The notes: generated by a model from the sequence alone, not told the origin. Positions 17,492-28,293 are shown, counted from the first letter of the stretch. The stretch: 40,423 nucleotides of DNA from Alphaproteobacteria bacterium (GCA_005884715.1 VAZZ01000210.1:1-40423), one strand, 5' to 3'. Program-made: numbers and translations.

Positions 17492-20400
17492 TCAATTCTG
17501 CGACTTGAGCCGGCGGAACAGGCGATCGAGGAAGTTCTCCCGCTTGGGCGGTTCCTTGGCGATCTTCTGCGGCGGTACCAGGACCAAAGGCGCGCCGGGA
17601 TCGGTCCTGGCTTGCGTCTTTGGTTGCTGGCGCTTGGGCTTGGACTTGGGTGCCGGCGGCTTCATGATTTCCACATCCTGCGGCTCGACGGCGCCGGTCT
17701 GCTCGGCGGATGGTTTCGTGACATTGGCATCGGGCGGCGGCGGACCGAAAATGTCGGAACTTGGTGTTTCGGGCGCCGGTAACGGGGTGACCGCATCAGG
17801 CAGTGCGGGCTCGGGCAGCTTTGTTTCCCCTATATCGGTGCTCGCCGCCTGCGGATTTTCCTGCATCTTGCGCACGATGTCTTCCAGCGCCTTGCGATCG
17901 GCCTCCGCCTGCTTTGCCGCCCGTTCCTGTGCGCTGCGAATGGCTTCTTCGCGCACCTTTCGTTCCGCCTCCTCGCGGGCTTTCTGCTCCGCTTCTTCCT
18001 GCGCCTTGCGCTCAACTTCCTCCTGGGCTTGTCGCGCAGCTTCCTCCTGTGCCTTTCGTTCGATCTCCTCGCGAGCCTTGCGCTCCGCCTCTTCCTGCGC
18101 CTTGCGGTCCGCCTCTTCCTGGGCCTGGCGCGCCGCTTCTTCCTGGGCCTGACGGTCTATCTCTTCCTGTTTCCTTACATAACGGTGGACCTGGCGCTCC
18201 CGCACTTTGCGCTGCATCTCCTGGCGGTTGATGGCGCGCCCTTCTGCTATGGCCTGTTCGAGCTCGATCTTGTCGGCTGCCGCTTTCGCCTCGCGCATGC
18301 GCTGGTGGACATCGATTTCCCTGAGACGCAGCTGCAATTCGCGGCGCTGCTCATTATAGGCTTCAAGCCGTGCTTCATCCTCACGCCGCTGTCGTTCTTC
18401 TTCTTCCATCGCCTTCTGCTGATCGGCTTGCAGCTTCTCAAGTTCCCGCATCGTGCGTTCCACCACGCGGAATCCGAGCTTCGATTCAAGCGCCGCAATA
18501 TCGACGAAGCGCGTCAAGGCACTAGGATGCCCGCTATAGGTCACGCCGAACCGGGGCTGCTCGTCGAGCGTCTTGAGCTTGATCTGCATCGCTGCGTCGA
18601 GCCTGCCATCGGCGAGGTCGATCTTCGGCGCGAGGCTCACATCCGCCGCTTGCGAGCTTTGCGCGAAGTCGGGCATGGTCACCGTGCCATTCTCGATCTT
18701 GAGGATCCCGGTGGCCGATCCGAAATCGAGGATGCCATCACTGCTCAGCGCCGCGAAGGCGCTCTTGAGCTCGTCGCCGGAATTCGCCGTCTTGACCAAG
18801 TCGGCAAAGCGCTGCGGATTGAGATTGGCCTGAAAGGCTGGCGAGAACCGCGCTAGGGGTGCGGCCGCTGCCCGAGGCCTTGACCGACAGCTTGACCAGT
18901 CCCTGCGCGATCTTGGCCCCCTGCACGTCCTTGAGGCTGGTGGCGAGATCGACCGGCATGACGAGGCGACCGTCCAGCGCCTTGCCTCCGCCTTGCGGCT
19001 TGGCGCCGATCTCGATCGCGACGTCGCCTCCCATATCGCTTTTGCCAAACGCGGCGAGACGTATTTCCTCAGGCGCGGCACTGATGCCGATCTGCGTTTC
19101 CTTAACCGCGAGACCATCGAAGACCTCGAGATATTCCGGCTTGATCCACAATTCACCGGTGAGGCCGCGCGGCGGTTCGAGCGCGAAGGGCAGTTCGACA
19201 TTGAGGGGCCGGCCATCCCACGGCATGAACACTAGGCCGAACAGCCGGGCGAAGGACACCGGGCCAGTTGCGAACTCCCCCTTGAATTTGTTGCCGTCTT
19301 CGAAAGTGATCGTCCCCGACAGTGGTGCACCGCCAACGAAACCTCGCACATTCGGCAGGATGACTTTCGGCAGCGCCACCTCGACATCGGACTCGACTGA
19401 CAACGCGCCCCCGGCATAATCGCCAACGCCCGCCGCCAGGAGCAGGTCGCCCGGCCGCTCAGCGAAAATTCCCGCTCGCCCGGTTCCTGTGAGAGCGCCA
19501 TTATTGCGCAGGAATTTGCCCTGGAATTGGCCCTTGGCGCCAAAGGCATCGGCCTGGAGATCGGCAACGAGACCATTGGCGAGCGAACCGGTAAGCGTCA
19601 CCGAAAGCTTGGCTCCGCCGCTTTGCACACTTGCCGGACGCATCCCGACAAGCTTGGCAAGCCCGGCACCCGTTGCGCTGCGCAAGGTGAAGGTGCTGCT
19701 GATCTCGCTCGCCATCAAGTCGTCCTGCCCCGCCGCCGCGAGCGTCGCTTCGACATCGAGTTCGCCGCTCTTTCCCAGCATCCGGAAATTCGCGGCCTGG
19801 CCCTCCTCGTCCGGCTTCAGCTCGGCGGTGATGGTGAGGTCGGTCTTGCCGAGCGCGTCCGCCCACACGGGATTGCTGTCTTTCGGATAGAGTCCCAGTA
19901 GCTGCAGGAGGCTGCGCGGATCATCCGCCGTCACGCTGGTCGAGATAGTGCCCTTGTTGCCGGTTTCGGTCGGCGTGAGGAGGCCCGTGGTTTCAAGCCG
20001 CGCATTGCCCACATTGCCGATCTCGATTGTCTTGAGATCGATATTGCCACCGATCGCGGCGATATCGATGGCGAGGTCGCGGGCATCGACACCATTGAGC
20101 AGGGTCTGGCCCGACTGGAGCGTCAGGCGAAGGTCATGCCCTGCCGCCCATTGCGAGAGGAGCCCCGCCGTCCCAAGCCAGCTGCCGCCGCCAAACCCAT
20201 TGGGGACGAACCGGTCGAGATCGAGCGATGAGGCATCAAGCCTGATATCGAGCGAAGGCCGCTCACCGAACCCGATCGCGAATCCCCCGCTGCCCATCGA
20301 TTCATCGATCTGATATTCCATATCCTGCAGGCGCAGCTGATCATCGGTCGCATCGAGACGCGTCTGCAGCTTGAAGCGGCCACGGCTGCCGGTCCATATC

Positions 20401-21737
20401 CTGGCAAGGTCACTGCGCCCTTCTGGCCACGCCCAGGAAACGAAATCGCGCAGGCTTCCGGCCTCGCCGGCGAGATCGCCCGCTAGTTGCGGGCCTGAAT
20501 CTGTCACGACGAACACGCCAGTGAACAGGCCGCGCGCCTGGCCCGGCATGCCCGCCGACAGCTCGCTGATCCGAATGGCGTCCCGGTTCAATTCGAAGGC
20601 CAGTTTGGCATTGTCGAGCGGTTCGCCCCCCACCACCAGCGAAGTGACGCCCAGGGACGCGGTGATATCGACGTCATCCGGCATGATCTCCATGGCGTTC
20701 TCGAGCAGCGCCAGGCCACCCCCCTCACGGATGAGGCTCTTGGCCTTGGCGCCGGCGACGGCATCGAGATCGAAGCGCGTCGCCTTGAGATCGGTCTTGA
20801 GCTTGACACTCGTGCCGAGGCTGATCTCGGCACTGCCGGTCAGAAGATTGGCGCCTTCGCTGCTCGCATCGCGCGGCGAGATCTCAATCTTGTCGAGCGC
20901 CACGGTATCGAAATTCGAAGTCACCTGTGCTGTCATCATCAGGGGCCGCAACTGGCCTTCGGCATCGCTACGGCCGTCGACGCTGGCAGCCGGCTGAACC
21001 CTCAGTTTGCCGGTGACGTGATTTCCATCATTGGCGCCGTCGAACTGATAGACGAGCCCCGAGCCATCCGCAGAACTGATCCGGAAGCCGAATTTGAATG
21101 GCGTATCGGGCGACCACCTTCCGGTATTAATTCCGATCTCGACCGGCCGGTCGTGATAGGCGGCGGTGCCGCGCATCCGCCACGGTCCGGCGAAATCCTG
21201 CGCCGCGAGCGTCGCATTGACCTTGGTTATCGTGGCCCGTCCGGCACGGCGATTGTCGATCAGATGAACAACGCCGTCGGAAACCGAGATTTGATCGAGC
21301 CTGATTCGGTCGAGCAGTCCCATTTCGCTTTGATCGGCCTCGGATTTGATATGCCAGCTGCCCTGCCCGCTGGCCATCCGCTCGAAGGCGACCACTGGGT
21401 GGACGATATCGATGCTCTCGACCCGGATCTCCCCGCCGAACAGGCCGGCAAGCGTCATCCGGACGTCGACTTCGTCAGCCGTGATGAAATCCGGCACGAA
21501 GGAACCCGGTGGATTGGCCACTTTGACACCGCGTATGGAGAGTCTGGGCCAAGGGAACAGCCGGCCGGATATATCACCGGCGACTGTTACCTGCCGACCG
21601 GTCACCTGGCTGCCATATTTCTCGATTGCCGGGCGGTAACTGTCCCAGTCGATGATAAACGGCGCAATGAAGGCCGCCGTCACCGCCATGACGAGCGCTA
21701 TCCCGAAATAGAGAACGGGCGATTTCCAGAGCTTCAT
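17492..21737 (-). CDS. AsmA family protein with C-terminal charged helical and Pro-rich extension; frame broken at ~18827
   Basis: N-terminal TM then APFIIDWDSYR...TGRQVTVAGDI..RLFPWP. The second frame continues NLNPQRF...GILKIENG...IDLADGRLD (AsmA-like C-terminus). Confidence 0.85.
17905..18172 (-). repeat. 24-bp (8-aa) degenerate tandem repeat, about 11 units
   Basis: EEIDRQAQ EEAARQAQ EEADRKAQ EEAERKAR EEIERKAQ EEAARQAQ EEVERKAQ EEAEQKAR EEAERKVR EEAIRSAQ. Confidence 0.85.
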
Positions 21738-21787
21738 AACCGATCAAACCTGTCGCTGCGGCGATCCATGCCAGACAGTCAGGGCGA

Positions 21788-23173
21788 TCATAAGGCGACT
21801 ATCTTCCCGGGGTTAAGGATATTCTTGGGGTCAAGCGCCTGCTTGATCCGGCGCATCATGGCGACGCCCTCCACCCCATGTTCCAACTCGAGAAACCGCA
21901 TCTTGCCCGAGCCCACGCCATGCTCGCCGGTCGAAGTTCCCTCCATCGCGATGGCTCGCTTGATGAGCCGCTCGTAAAATCCTTTCACCCGTGCGAGCTC
22001 GGCCGCGTCCGAGCGATCGCAATAGAGCACGACGTGGAAATTGCCGTCACCGACATGGCCGACGATCGGGCCATAAAGACCGTTCGCCGCCAGATCGGCG
22101 CGCGTTTCGTTCACGCACTCGGCAAGCCGGGAAATCGGCACGCAGACATCGGTGGCAAAGGCTTCTTTTCCGGGCATCAGGGACTTCGTCGCCCAGAATG
22201 CATCATGCCGGGCCTGCCATAGACGCTGGCGGTCCTCCTCCTTGGTCGCCCAAGTGAAGGGTCCGCCGCCCAATTCCTCGGCAATCGAACCGAACAGCCC
22301 CGACTGTTCCTCGGTGCCGGCCGGCGTGCCATGGAACTCGACGAACAGGGTCGGCACCACCTTGAGGTCGATCTTGGAATAGGCATTGAAGGCCTTCACA
22401 TGCTCTTCATCGACGAGTTCGATCCGCGCCACCGGGATGCCGAGCTGGATGGTCTGGATCACCGCCTGGCAGGCGGCATCGACGGAGGGAAACGGGCAGA
22501 CCCCGGCGGCGATCGATTCGGGGATGCCATAGAGCCTCACCCCCACTTCGGTGATGATGCCGAGCGTTCCCTCCGACCCCACCAGCAGGCGGGTTAGATC
22601 ATAGCCGGCCGAGGATTTCCTGGCCCGCTTCGCGGTCCTGACCACCTCGCCATTGGCCATCACGGCCGTAAGGCTCAAGACATTCTCCCGCATCGTGCCA
22701 TAGCGCACCGCATTGGTGCCAGAAGCCCTTGTCGCCGCCATGCCGCCGAGGCTCGCATCTGCGCCGGGATCGATCGGAAAGAACAGCCCCTTATCGCGCA
22801 AATGGATGTTTAGGGCCTTGCGCGTCACCCCGGCTTGCACCCTTGCGTCAAGGTCCTCCGCATTGACTTCGATGATAGCGTTCATTGCCGAAACGTCGAC
22901 CGATATGCCGCCAAAGGGTGCGGTGAAATGGCCTTCGAGCGAGGTGCCGGTACCGAATGCAATGACCGGTGTCTCATAGCTGGAGCAGATCGAAACGATA
23001 CCCTGCACCTCCTCGGTGGTTCTCACAAAGGCGACTGCGTCTGGCGGTGCTCCAGGTGCCCAAGTCTGGTCCTTGCCATGCTGCTCGCGCACGGCTTCTG
23101 CCGTCGAGAGTCGGTCGCCGAGCATCGCCTTGATCTCTGCTATGGCCTGGGTCACGCTATTCTTCCTGGTCAT
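21788..23173 (-). CDS. FAD-linked oxidase (D-lactate dehydrogenase/GlcD family)
   Basis: FGTGTSLEGH, FPIDPGADAS, ASGTNAVRYGTM, GSEGTLG, GHVGDGNFH, GEHGVG, LDPKNILNPGK. Confidence 0.92.
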   Translation of the reverse strand: MTRKNSVTQAIAEIKAMLGDRLSTAEAVREQHGKDQTWAPGAPPDAVAFVRTTEEVQGIVSICSSYETPVIAFGTGTSLEGHFTAPFGGISVDVSAMNAIIEVNAEDLDARVQAGVTRKALNIHLRDKGLFFPIDPGADASLGGMAATRASGTNAVRYGTMRENVLSLTAVMANGEVVRTAKRARKSSAGYDLTRLLVGSEGTLGIITEVGVRLYGIPESIAAGVCPFPSVDAACQAVIQTIQLGIPVARIELVDEEHVKAFNAYSKIDLKVVPTLFVEFHGTPAGTEEQSGLFGSIAEELGGGPFTWATKEEDRQRLWQARHDAFWATKSLMPGKEAFATDVCVPISRLAECVNETRADLAANGLYGPIVGHVGDGNFHVVLYCDRSDAAELARVKGFYERLIKRAIAMEGTSTGEHGVGSGKMRFLELEHGVEGVAMMRRIKQALDPKNILNPGKIVAL

Positions 23174-23250
23174 TTGTCATCTGCCGTAAGTGTCTGCTAT
23201 CGCTTTCAAAAGCTTCATCCAAGACCCTAGCAAGTTTCCCGGAAAAGACG

Positions 23251-23733
23251 ATGGCCTTCCCTGCCCCTTTCGTAAGCTCGGTCCACCGGATCGAGGATCA
23301 ATGGATCGACTATAATGGCCATTTCAACATGGCCTATTACAATGTGCTGTTCGATCGGGCGGGCGATGAAGCCTTCGCGGCCATCGGGCTCGGCGCCGAT
23401 TATGTGAAGCGGACCAATTGCTCCTTTTTTACACTTGAGGCCCATGTCACCTATTTGCGCGAACTTCACGCGAGCGACACGGTCCGGATCGACATCCAGT
23501 TCCTCGACTATGACGCCAAGCGCATCCATTATTTCGAGCAGATGCGCCATGCGAAGGACGGTCGGATTGCCTGTATGAGCGAGCTTATCGTCATTCACGT
23601 CGATATGAACACCCGCAAATCGTCGCCCTTTCCGCCTGACATCCTCGCCAACATCAAAGCGATGCATCAGGCGCATGCAATTCTGCCGATTCCGCCCCAA
23701 ATCGGGCATCGGATCGGCATACCAAAAAAATAG
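23251..23733 (+). CDS. Thioesterase family (hotdog fold) protein
   Basis: WIDYNGHFNMAYY, FTLEAHVTYLREL. Confidence 0.88.
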   Translation: MAFPAPFVSSVHRIEDQWIDYNGHFNMAYYNVLFDRAGDEAFAAIGLGADYVKRTNCSFFTLEAHVTYLRELHASDTVRIDIQFLDYDAKRIHYFEQMRHAKDGRIACMSELIVIHVDMNTRKSSPFPPDILANIKAMHQAHAILPIPPQIGHRIGIPKK

Positions 23734-23811
23734 CGTGCTGCCACATTGTGCTCGCATTTCCCAACGATCCTCGGAGCCCTTCCAGGGACGGCTATTTTTT
23801 ATGGAGACGCG

Positions 23812-23997
23812 ATGATGCAAGCTCTCGAAATCCTGGACTATGCTCGCCAGCTTCACGAAGTGCGCGGCGAACGGGCCGTGCTCGAGGCCGCCCAGCGGGC
23901 CACAGCATGCGAAGCCAAGGGCGATAGTGAAGCAGCCGCCAATTGGCGTCGCATTCAGTCCGCGCTGACGACGATTCAATCGCCCCACGTCAGCTGA
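23812..23997 (+). CDS. Small conserved hypothetical protein (paralogue A)
   Basis: GGAG RBS, then MMQALEILDYARQLHEVRGERAVLEAAQRA...WRRIQSAL. Confidence 0.7.
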   Translation: MMQALEILDYARQLHEVRGERAVLEAAQRATACEAKGDSEAAANWRRIQSALTTIQSPHVS

Positions 23998-24020
23998 ATT
24001 CAAGAGTATCGAACGGCATC

Positions 24021-24058
24021 AAAGCGTGCTGCACTGCAGCGCGCTTTTTTGTTTTTTC
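24021..24058 (+). terminator. Intrinsic terminator-like hairpin containing a PhaR-type box
   Basis: AAAGCGTGCTGC-ACT-GCAGCGCGCTTT followed by a T-run. Confidence 0.6.
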
Positions 24059-24177
24059 GCTCGAACAAATCTCCCTAAAATCTGACACATAAAAAAATCA
24101 TCTCGCCTTCTCACTGCAATATTATCGACTCATTCGCCGGGCATAAGTCTCCCATCAATTGAAAAAGGGAGGTCGGC

Positions 24178-24348
24178 ATGCAGAACGCAACCATCATCGA
24201 ATTTGCCCGCCAGCTTCTCGTCATTCATGGCGTGAAGGCGTGCGAAGAAGCAGAAGTGCATGAGCGCATTTGCGTGAAATATGGCGCCAAGCGCACCGCC
24301 GAGACTTGGCGCAATGTCCAGACCGCCCTCAAGGACATGAGGCACTAG
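24178..24348 (+). CDS. Small hypothetical protein (paralogue B, 56 aa, not in the ORF track)
   Basis: RBS AAAGGGAGG, then MQNATIIEFARQLLVIHGVKACEEA...AETWRNVQTALKDMRH*. Confidence 0.7.
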   Translation: MQNATIIEFARQLLVIHGVKACEEAEVHERICVKYGAKRTAETWRNVQTALKDMRH

Positions 24349-24468
24349 CATCGGCCCTGACAGCCGATGCGACCAAAAAGTCACGGATTTGGCTCCTCTA
24401 AACGCATCGTGATCTGTGCTGGAGTTGCTATATAAGGGTGCGAAACATCAGGATTCGCACCCTTTATT

Positions 24469-26814
24469 ATGACCTCGCGTCCCGTTGATCTTGGCGATTT
24501 TGACGAAAGCCCGGCGCCGCAAAGGCCGGGCGGATTGTCGGCGCGTGCCCTGGCCGGCACCGAGGCCCCCTATCTCAAGGGCCTTAATCCCGAACAGCGT
24601 GCCGCTGTCGAGACGACCGACGGTCCCCTTCTTGTGCTGGCGGGCGCCGGTACCGGCAAGACCCGCGTCCTCACCACGAGGCTCGCCCACATCTTGGCTA
24701 CTGGACGGGCGTGGCCCGGGCAGATCCTGTGCGTCACCTTCACCAACAAGGCGGCGCGCGAAATGAAGGAGCGCATCGGCCATCTGATCGGCGGCGTTGT
24801 CGAGGGCATGACATGGCTTGGCACCTTCCACTCGATCGGGGTAAAGATCCTGCGCCGACATGCCGAGCTGGCGGGGCTCAAATCCGGCTTTTCCATTCTC
24901 GATACCGATGACCAGATCCGCCTCTTGAAACAGATCATCGAAGCCTCCGGAATCGACGAGAAACGCTGGCCGGCGCGCCAATTGGCCTCCCTCATCGACA
25001 ATTGGAAGAATCGCGGTCTCTTGCCGGCACGCGTCCCCGCCGGCGAGGCCCATGCCTATGGCAACGGCCGTGGTGGCGAGCTTTATGCCGAATACCAGTC
25101 CCGGCTCAGGGTCTTGAATGCCGTCGATTTTGGCGACCTCCTGCTCGAGGTCCTGCATATCTTCCAGGACCACCCCGATGTGCTGAAGGAATATCAGCGC
25201 CGCTTCAAATACATGCTGGTCGATGAATATCAGGATACCAATGTGGCGCAGTATCTGTGGCTGAGGCTCTTGGCCCAGGGACACAGGAATATCTGCTGTG
25301 TCGGCGATGATGATCAGTCGATCTATGGCTGGCGTGGTGCCGAGGTCGACAATATCCTGCGCTTCGAGAAGGATTTCCCGGGTGCCAAGGTCATCAGGCT
25401 CGAACGCAATTACCGCTCGACGCCGCAGATCCTGGGCGCCGCCTCAGGGCTGATCGCCAAGAATGAGGGCCGTCTCGGCAAGACGCTCAAGACCGAGCGC
25501 GAGGACGGCGAGCAGCTGATCTTGCGGTCGCATTGGGATGGCGATGAGGAAGCCCGCGCCATCGGCGACGACATAGAGAGCCTGCAGCGCAAGGGCGAGA
25601 AGCTCGATGACATGGCGATACTGGTGCGCGCCTCCTTCCAGATGCGCGCCTTCGAGGACCGTTTCATCACGCTGGGCATCCCCTATCGCGTCATCGGCGG
25701 TCCGCGCTTCTATGAGCGCCAGGAAGTCCGCGATGCCCTGGCTTATTTCAAGGTCACGGCGTCCCCCGACAATGATCTCGCTTTCGAACGCATCATCAAT
25801 GTGCCCAAGCGTGGTATCGGTGACACATCGGTCAAGCGCATGCATGAATATGCCCGCAAGGAGGGCGTGTCGCTATATCGCGCCGCAGAGTTGCTGGGCC
25901 AGACCGACGAATTGCCGGCCAAGACGCGCGCCGCACTGCGCGATCTGCTCGAATCCTTTGCGCGTTGGCGTCACGTGCTGTCCGGCCTGCCGCATGTCGA
26001 GCTCGCCGAGATCATCCTCGATGAATCGGGCTACACGACCATGTGGCAGAACGACAAGAGCCCGGAAGCGCAGGGTCGCCTCGAAAATCTGAAGGAGCTG
26101 GTGCGCTCGATGGGCGAATTCGAGACCATGGCGGGCTTCCTCGAGCATATTGCCTTGGTGATGGATACCGATGCGGGCGCCAGCGAAGACAAGATCAACA
26201 TCATGACCTTGCACTCGGCCAAGGGTCTTGAATTCGGGACGGTCTTCCTTCCCGGCTGGGAGGAAGGCCTCTTCCCGCATCAGCGCTCCCTCGATGAAAA
26301 CGGCCGCGCCGGCCTCGAGGAGGAACGCCGTCTCGCTTATGTCGGCATCACCCGCGCCAAGCGCCGGGCCACCATCTCCTTCGCCCAGAACCGGCGTGTG
26401 CGCAATCTGTGGCAGTCGAGCCTGCCGTCGCGCTTCATCGACGAATTGCCGGAAGCCCATGTCGAGGTGGCGCCGATGTCGAATTCCTATGGTGGCTACG
26501 GCATCGGGTCCTATGGCGCCAGCCGGTTCGAGGAGCGCATAACGCCCTTCTCCAACACTTATGACACGCCAGGCTGGCAGCGTGCCCAGAAAGCCTATGC
26601 CAAGGGCGAGGCTATGCGCTCGCCGCCCCATATCGTCGAGGGCCAGTTGGTGGCGCGCGAGACCGAAGGCCAGGATATCGAGCGCGGTGCCCGCGTCTTC
26701 CACCAGAAATTCGGCTATGGCCGGGTGACCCATGTCGACGGCAACAAGCTTACCATCGATTTCGACAAGGCCGGCGAGAAGCGGGTGCTCGATTCCTTCA
26801 TCGAGCGGGCCTAG
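24469..26814 (+). CDS. uvrD: UvrD/PcrA superfamily I DNA helicase
   Basis: AGAGTGKT, TFTNKAA, DEYQD, VGDDDQSIY, NYRST, TLHSAKGLEF, EERRLAYVGITRA, C-terminal HQKFGYG. Confidence 0.96.
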   Translation: MTSRPVDLGDFDESPAPQRPGGLSARALAGTEAPYLKGLNPEQRAAVETTDGPLLVLAGAGTGKTRVLTTRLAHILATGRAWPGQILCVTFTNKAAREMKERIGHLIGGVVEGMTWLGTFHSIGVKILRRHAELAGLKSGFSILDTDDQIRLLKQIIEASGIDEKRWPARQLASLIDNWKNRGLLPARVPAGEAHAYGNGRGGELYAEYQSRLRVLNAVDFGDLLLEVLHIFQDHPDVLKEYQRRFKYMLVDEYQDTNVAQYLWLRLLAQGHRNICCVGDDDQSIYGWRGAEVDNILRFEKDFPGAKVIRLERNYRSTPQILGAASGLIAKNEGRLGKTLKTEREDGEQLILRSHWDGDEEARAIGDDIESLQRKGEKLDDMAILVRASFQMRAFEDRFITLGIPYRVIGGPRFYERQEVRDALAYFKVTASPDNDLAFERIINVPKRGIGDTSVKRMHEYARKEGVSLYRAAELLGQTDELPAKTRAALRDLLESFARWRHVLSGLPHVELAEIILDESGYTTMWQNDKSPEAQGRLENLKELVRSMGEFETMAGFLEHIALVMDTDAGASEDKINIMTLHSAKGLEFGTVFLPGWEEGLFPHQRSLDENGRAGLEEERRLAYVGITRAKRRATISFAQNRRVRNLWQSSLPSRFIDELPEAHVEVAPMSNSYGGYGIGSYGASRFEERITPFSNTYDTPGWQRAQKAYAKGEAMRSPPHIVEGQLVARETEGQDIERGARVFHQKFGYGRVTHVDGNKLTIDFDKAGEKRVLDSFIERA

Positions 26815-26823
26815 CCCAGAACA

Positions 26824-28233
26824 TCACGCGCCTTCGCCGACCTTTGCGACACCCCGTCCTGAAACTTCCGATCCGGCATCGGGTGCCAGTTTCAGATGCG
26901 AGAACACCGACAGCGCACTGATGAAGGCGACCGCGAAGAACGCATAGGCGAAATCGGTCACGCTCAGCACGAGATCGCCTCTGAGATACTGCGCGAATTC
27001 GAGCACCGAGGCCGCGCAGACGACGCCCACGGCGAGTGAGAGCTGCTGCGCCACGGTGTAAAGACTCGTTGCCGATCCCATCTCGCGCGCCGGAATGTCC
27101 GAATAGGACAATGCGTTGAGCGAGGTGAATTGCAGCGAGCGGAAGAAGCCGCCCGCGAGCAGGAGGGCGAGGATGAGAAGATGCGGCGTCTGCGGCGTGA
27201 ACAACCCCTGGACGGCGAGAGTGGCGGCGCTCACCACGGCATTGAATAGCAGAACGCTGCGGAAGCCGAAGCGTTTCAGGATACGCGCGGCTGTGAATTT
27301 CATCGTGAGTGCGCCAAGCGCTGCCGCGCAGGTGAGGCTCCCCGACTGGAACGGCGTCAACTTGAAGCCCAATTGCAGCATCAAAGGCAGGAGGAACGGA
27401 ATGGCCCCGACACCGATGCGGAACAGGCTTCCACCCATGACGCCGGAACGAAAGGTCGCGACCTTCAGGAGATCGAGATCGAGGATTGGATTGGCGCTCC
27501 GGCTTGCGTGCAGGACATAGAGCGAAGTCAGCACCAGGCCGATCGCAATGAGTACCGGTGCGCCATGGGCCGGCAATACATCGCGGCCAAAGACCGTTGC
27601 GCCAAAGACCAGTGCCGAGAGACCAAGGCCCGACAGGAGGAAGCCAAGTGCATCGAGGGGCGGCATACCCTCCTCGCGGATGTCGGGCATATGGAGCGTC
27701 GCCAGCACCATGCCCAGAATACCAACGGGCACATTGATCCAGAAGATCCAGCGCCAATGGAAATATGTCGTGATGAAGCCCCCGATCGGCGGGCCGAGCA
27801 AAGGACCCATCAGTGCGGGTATGGTGAGCATGGCCAAGGCGCCCACGATTTCGCTCTTCGCCACTGTTCTGAGGATGATGAGGCGGCCGACCGGCACCAT
27901 CATGGCGCCGCCCACGCCCTGGAGGAAGCGGGCGGCGATGAGCCCTTCAAGCGACGTAGACAGTCCGCAAGCGATCGAGCCCAGGGTGAAGACGGCGATG
28001 GCGGCGCGAAACACATTGCGGGCGCCGAAGCGGTCGGCGCACCACCCGCTCACCGGAATGAAAACCGTGAGCGCCAGCAGATAGGTGGTGAAAGCGAGCT
28101 TGAGGATGACGGGATCTTGTCCGAGATCGGCGGCCATGGCGGGCAGCGACGTCGCGATCACCGTCGCGTCGGTATTTTCCATGAACAAGGCGGAGGCGAC
28201 GACAAGCGGAATGATGCGCGGGAGAGATGCCAT
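26824..28233 (-). CDS. DHA2 (EmrB/QacA-type) MFS efflux transporter
   Basis: FMENTDATVIATSLP, ADRFGAR, RFLQGVGGAMMVPVGR, WRWIFWINVPVG. Confidence 0.92.
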   Translation of the reverse strand: MASLPRIIPLVVASALFMENTDATVIATSLPAMAADLGQDPVILKLAFTTYLLALTVFIPVSGWCADRFGARNVFRAAIAVFTLGSIACGLSTSLEGLIAARFLQGVGGAMMVPVGRLIILRTVAKSEIVGALAMLTIPALMGPLLGPPIGGFITTYFHWRWIFWINVPVGILGMVLATLHMPDIREEGMPPLDALGFLLSGLGLSALVFGATVFGRDVLPAHGAPVLIAIGLVLTSLYVLHASRSANPILDLDLLKVATFRSGVMGGSLFRIGVGAIPFLLPLMLQLGFKLTPFQSGSLTCAAALGALTMKFTAARILKRFGFRSVLLFNAVVSAATLAVQGLFTPQTPHLLILALLLAGGFFRSLQFTSLNALSYSDIPAREMGSATSLYTVAQQLSLAVGVVCAASVLEFAQYLRGDLVLSVTDFAYAFFAVAFISALSVFSHLKLAPDAGSEVSGRGVAKVGEGA

Positions 28234-28293
28234 CTGTCAGGTATCAGGGATCGGGACCAGGGTTCAGGGTCCTGATAACTGATCCCTGACAGA
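28233..28293. repeat. 61-bp imperfect inverted repeat abutting the MFS start codon
   Basis: 26-nt arms matching at 22/26 positions around a 9-nt loop, built from ATCAGG-like units. Confidence 0.75.

Noticed and set aside
17905-18172. Periodic repeats as a possible CRISPR array
   Set aside because: Degenerate 24-bp in-frame coding repeats with no unique spacers and no cas genes.
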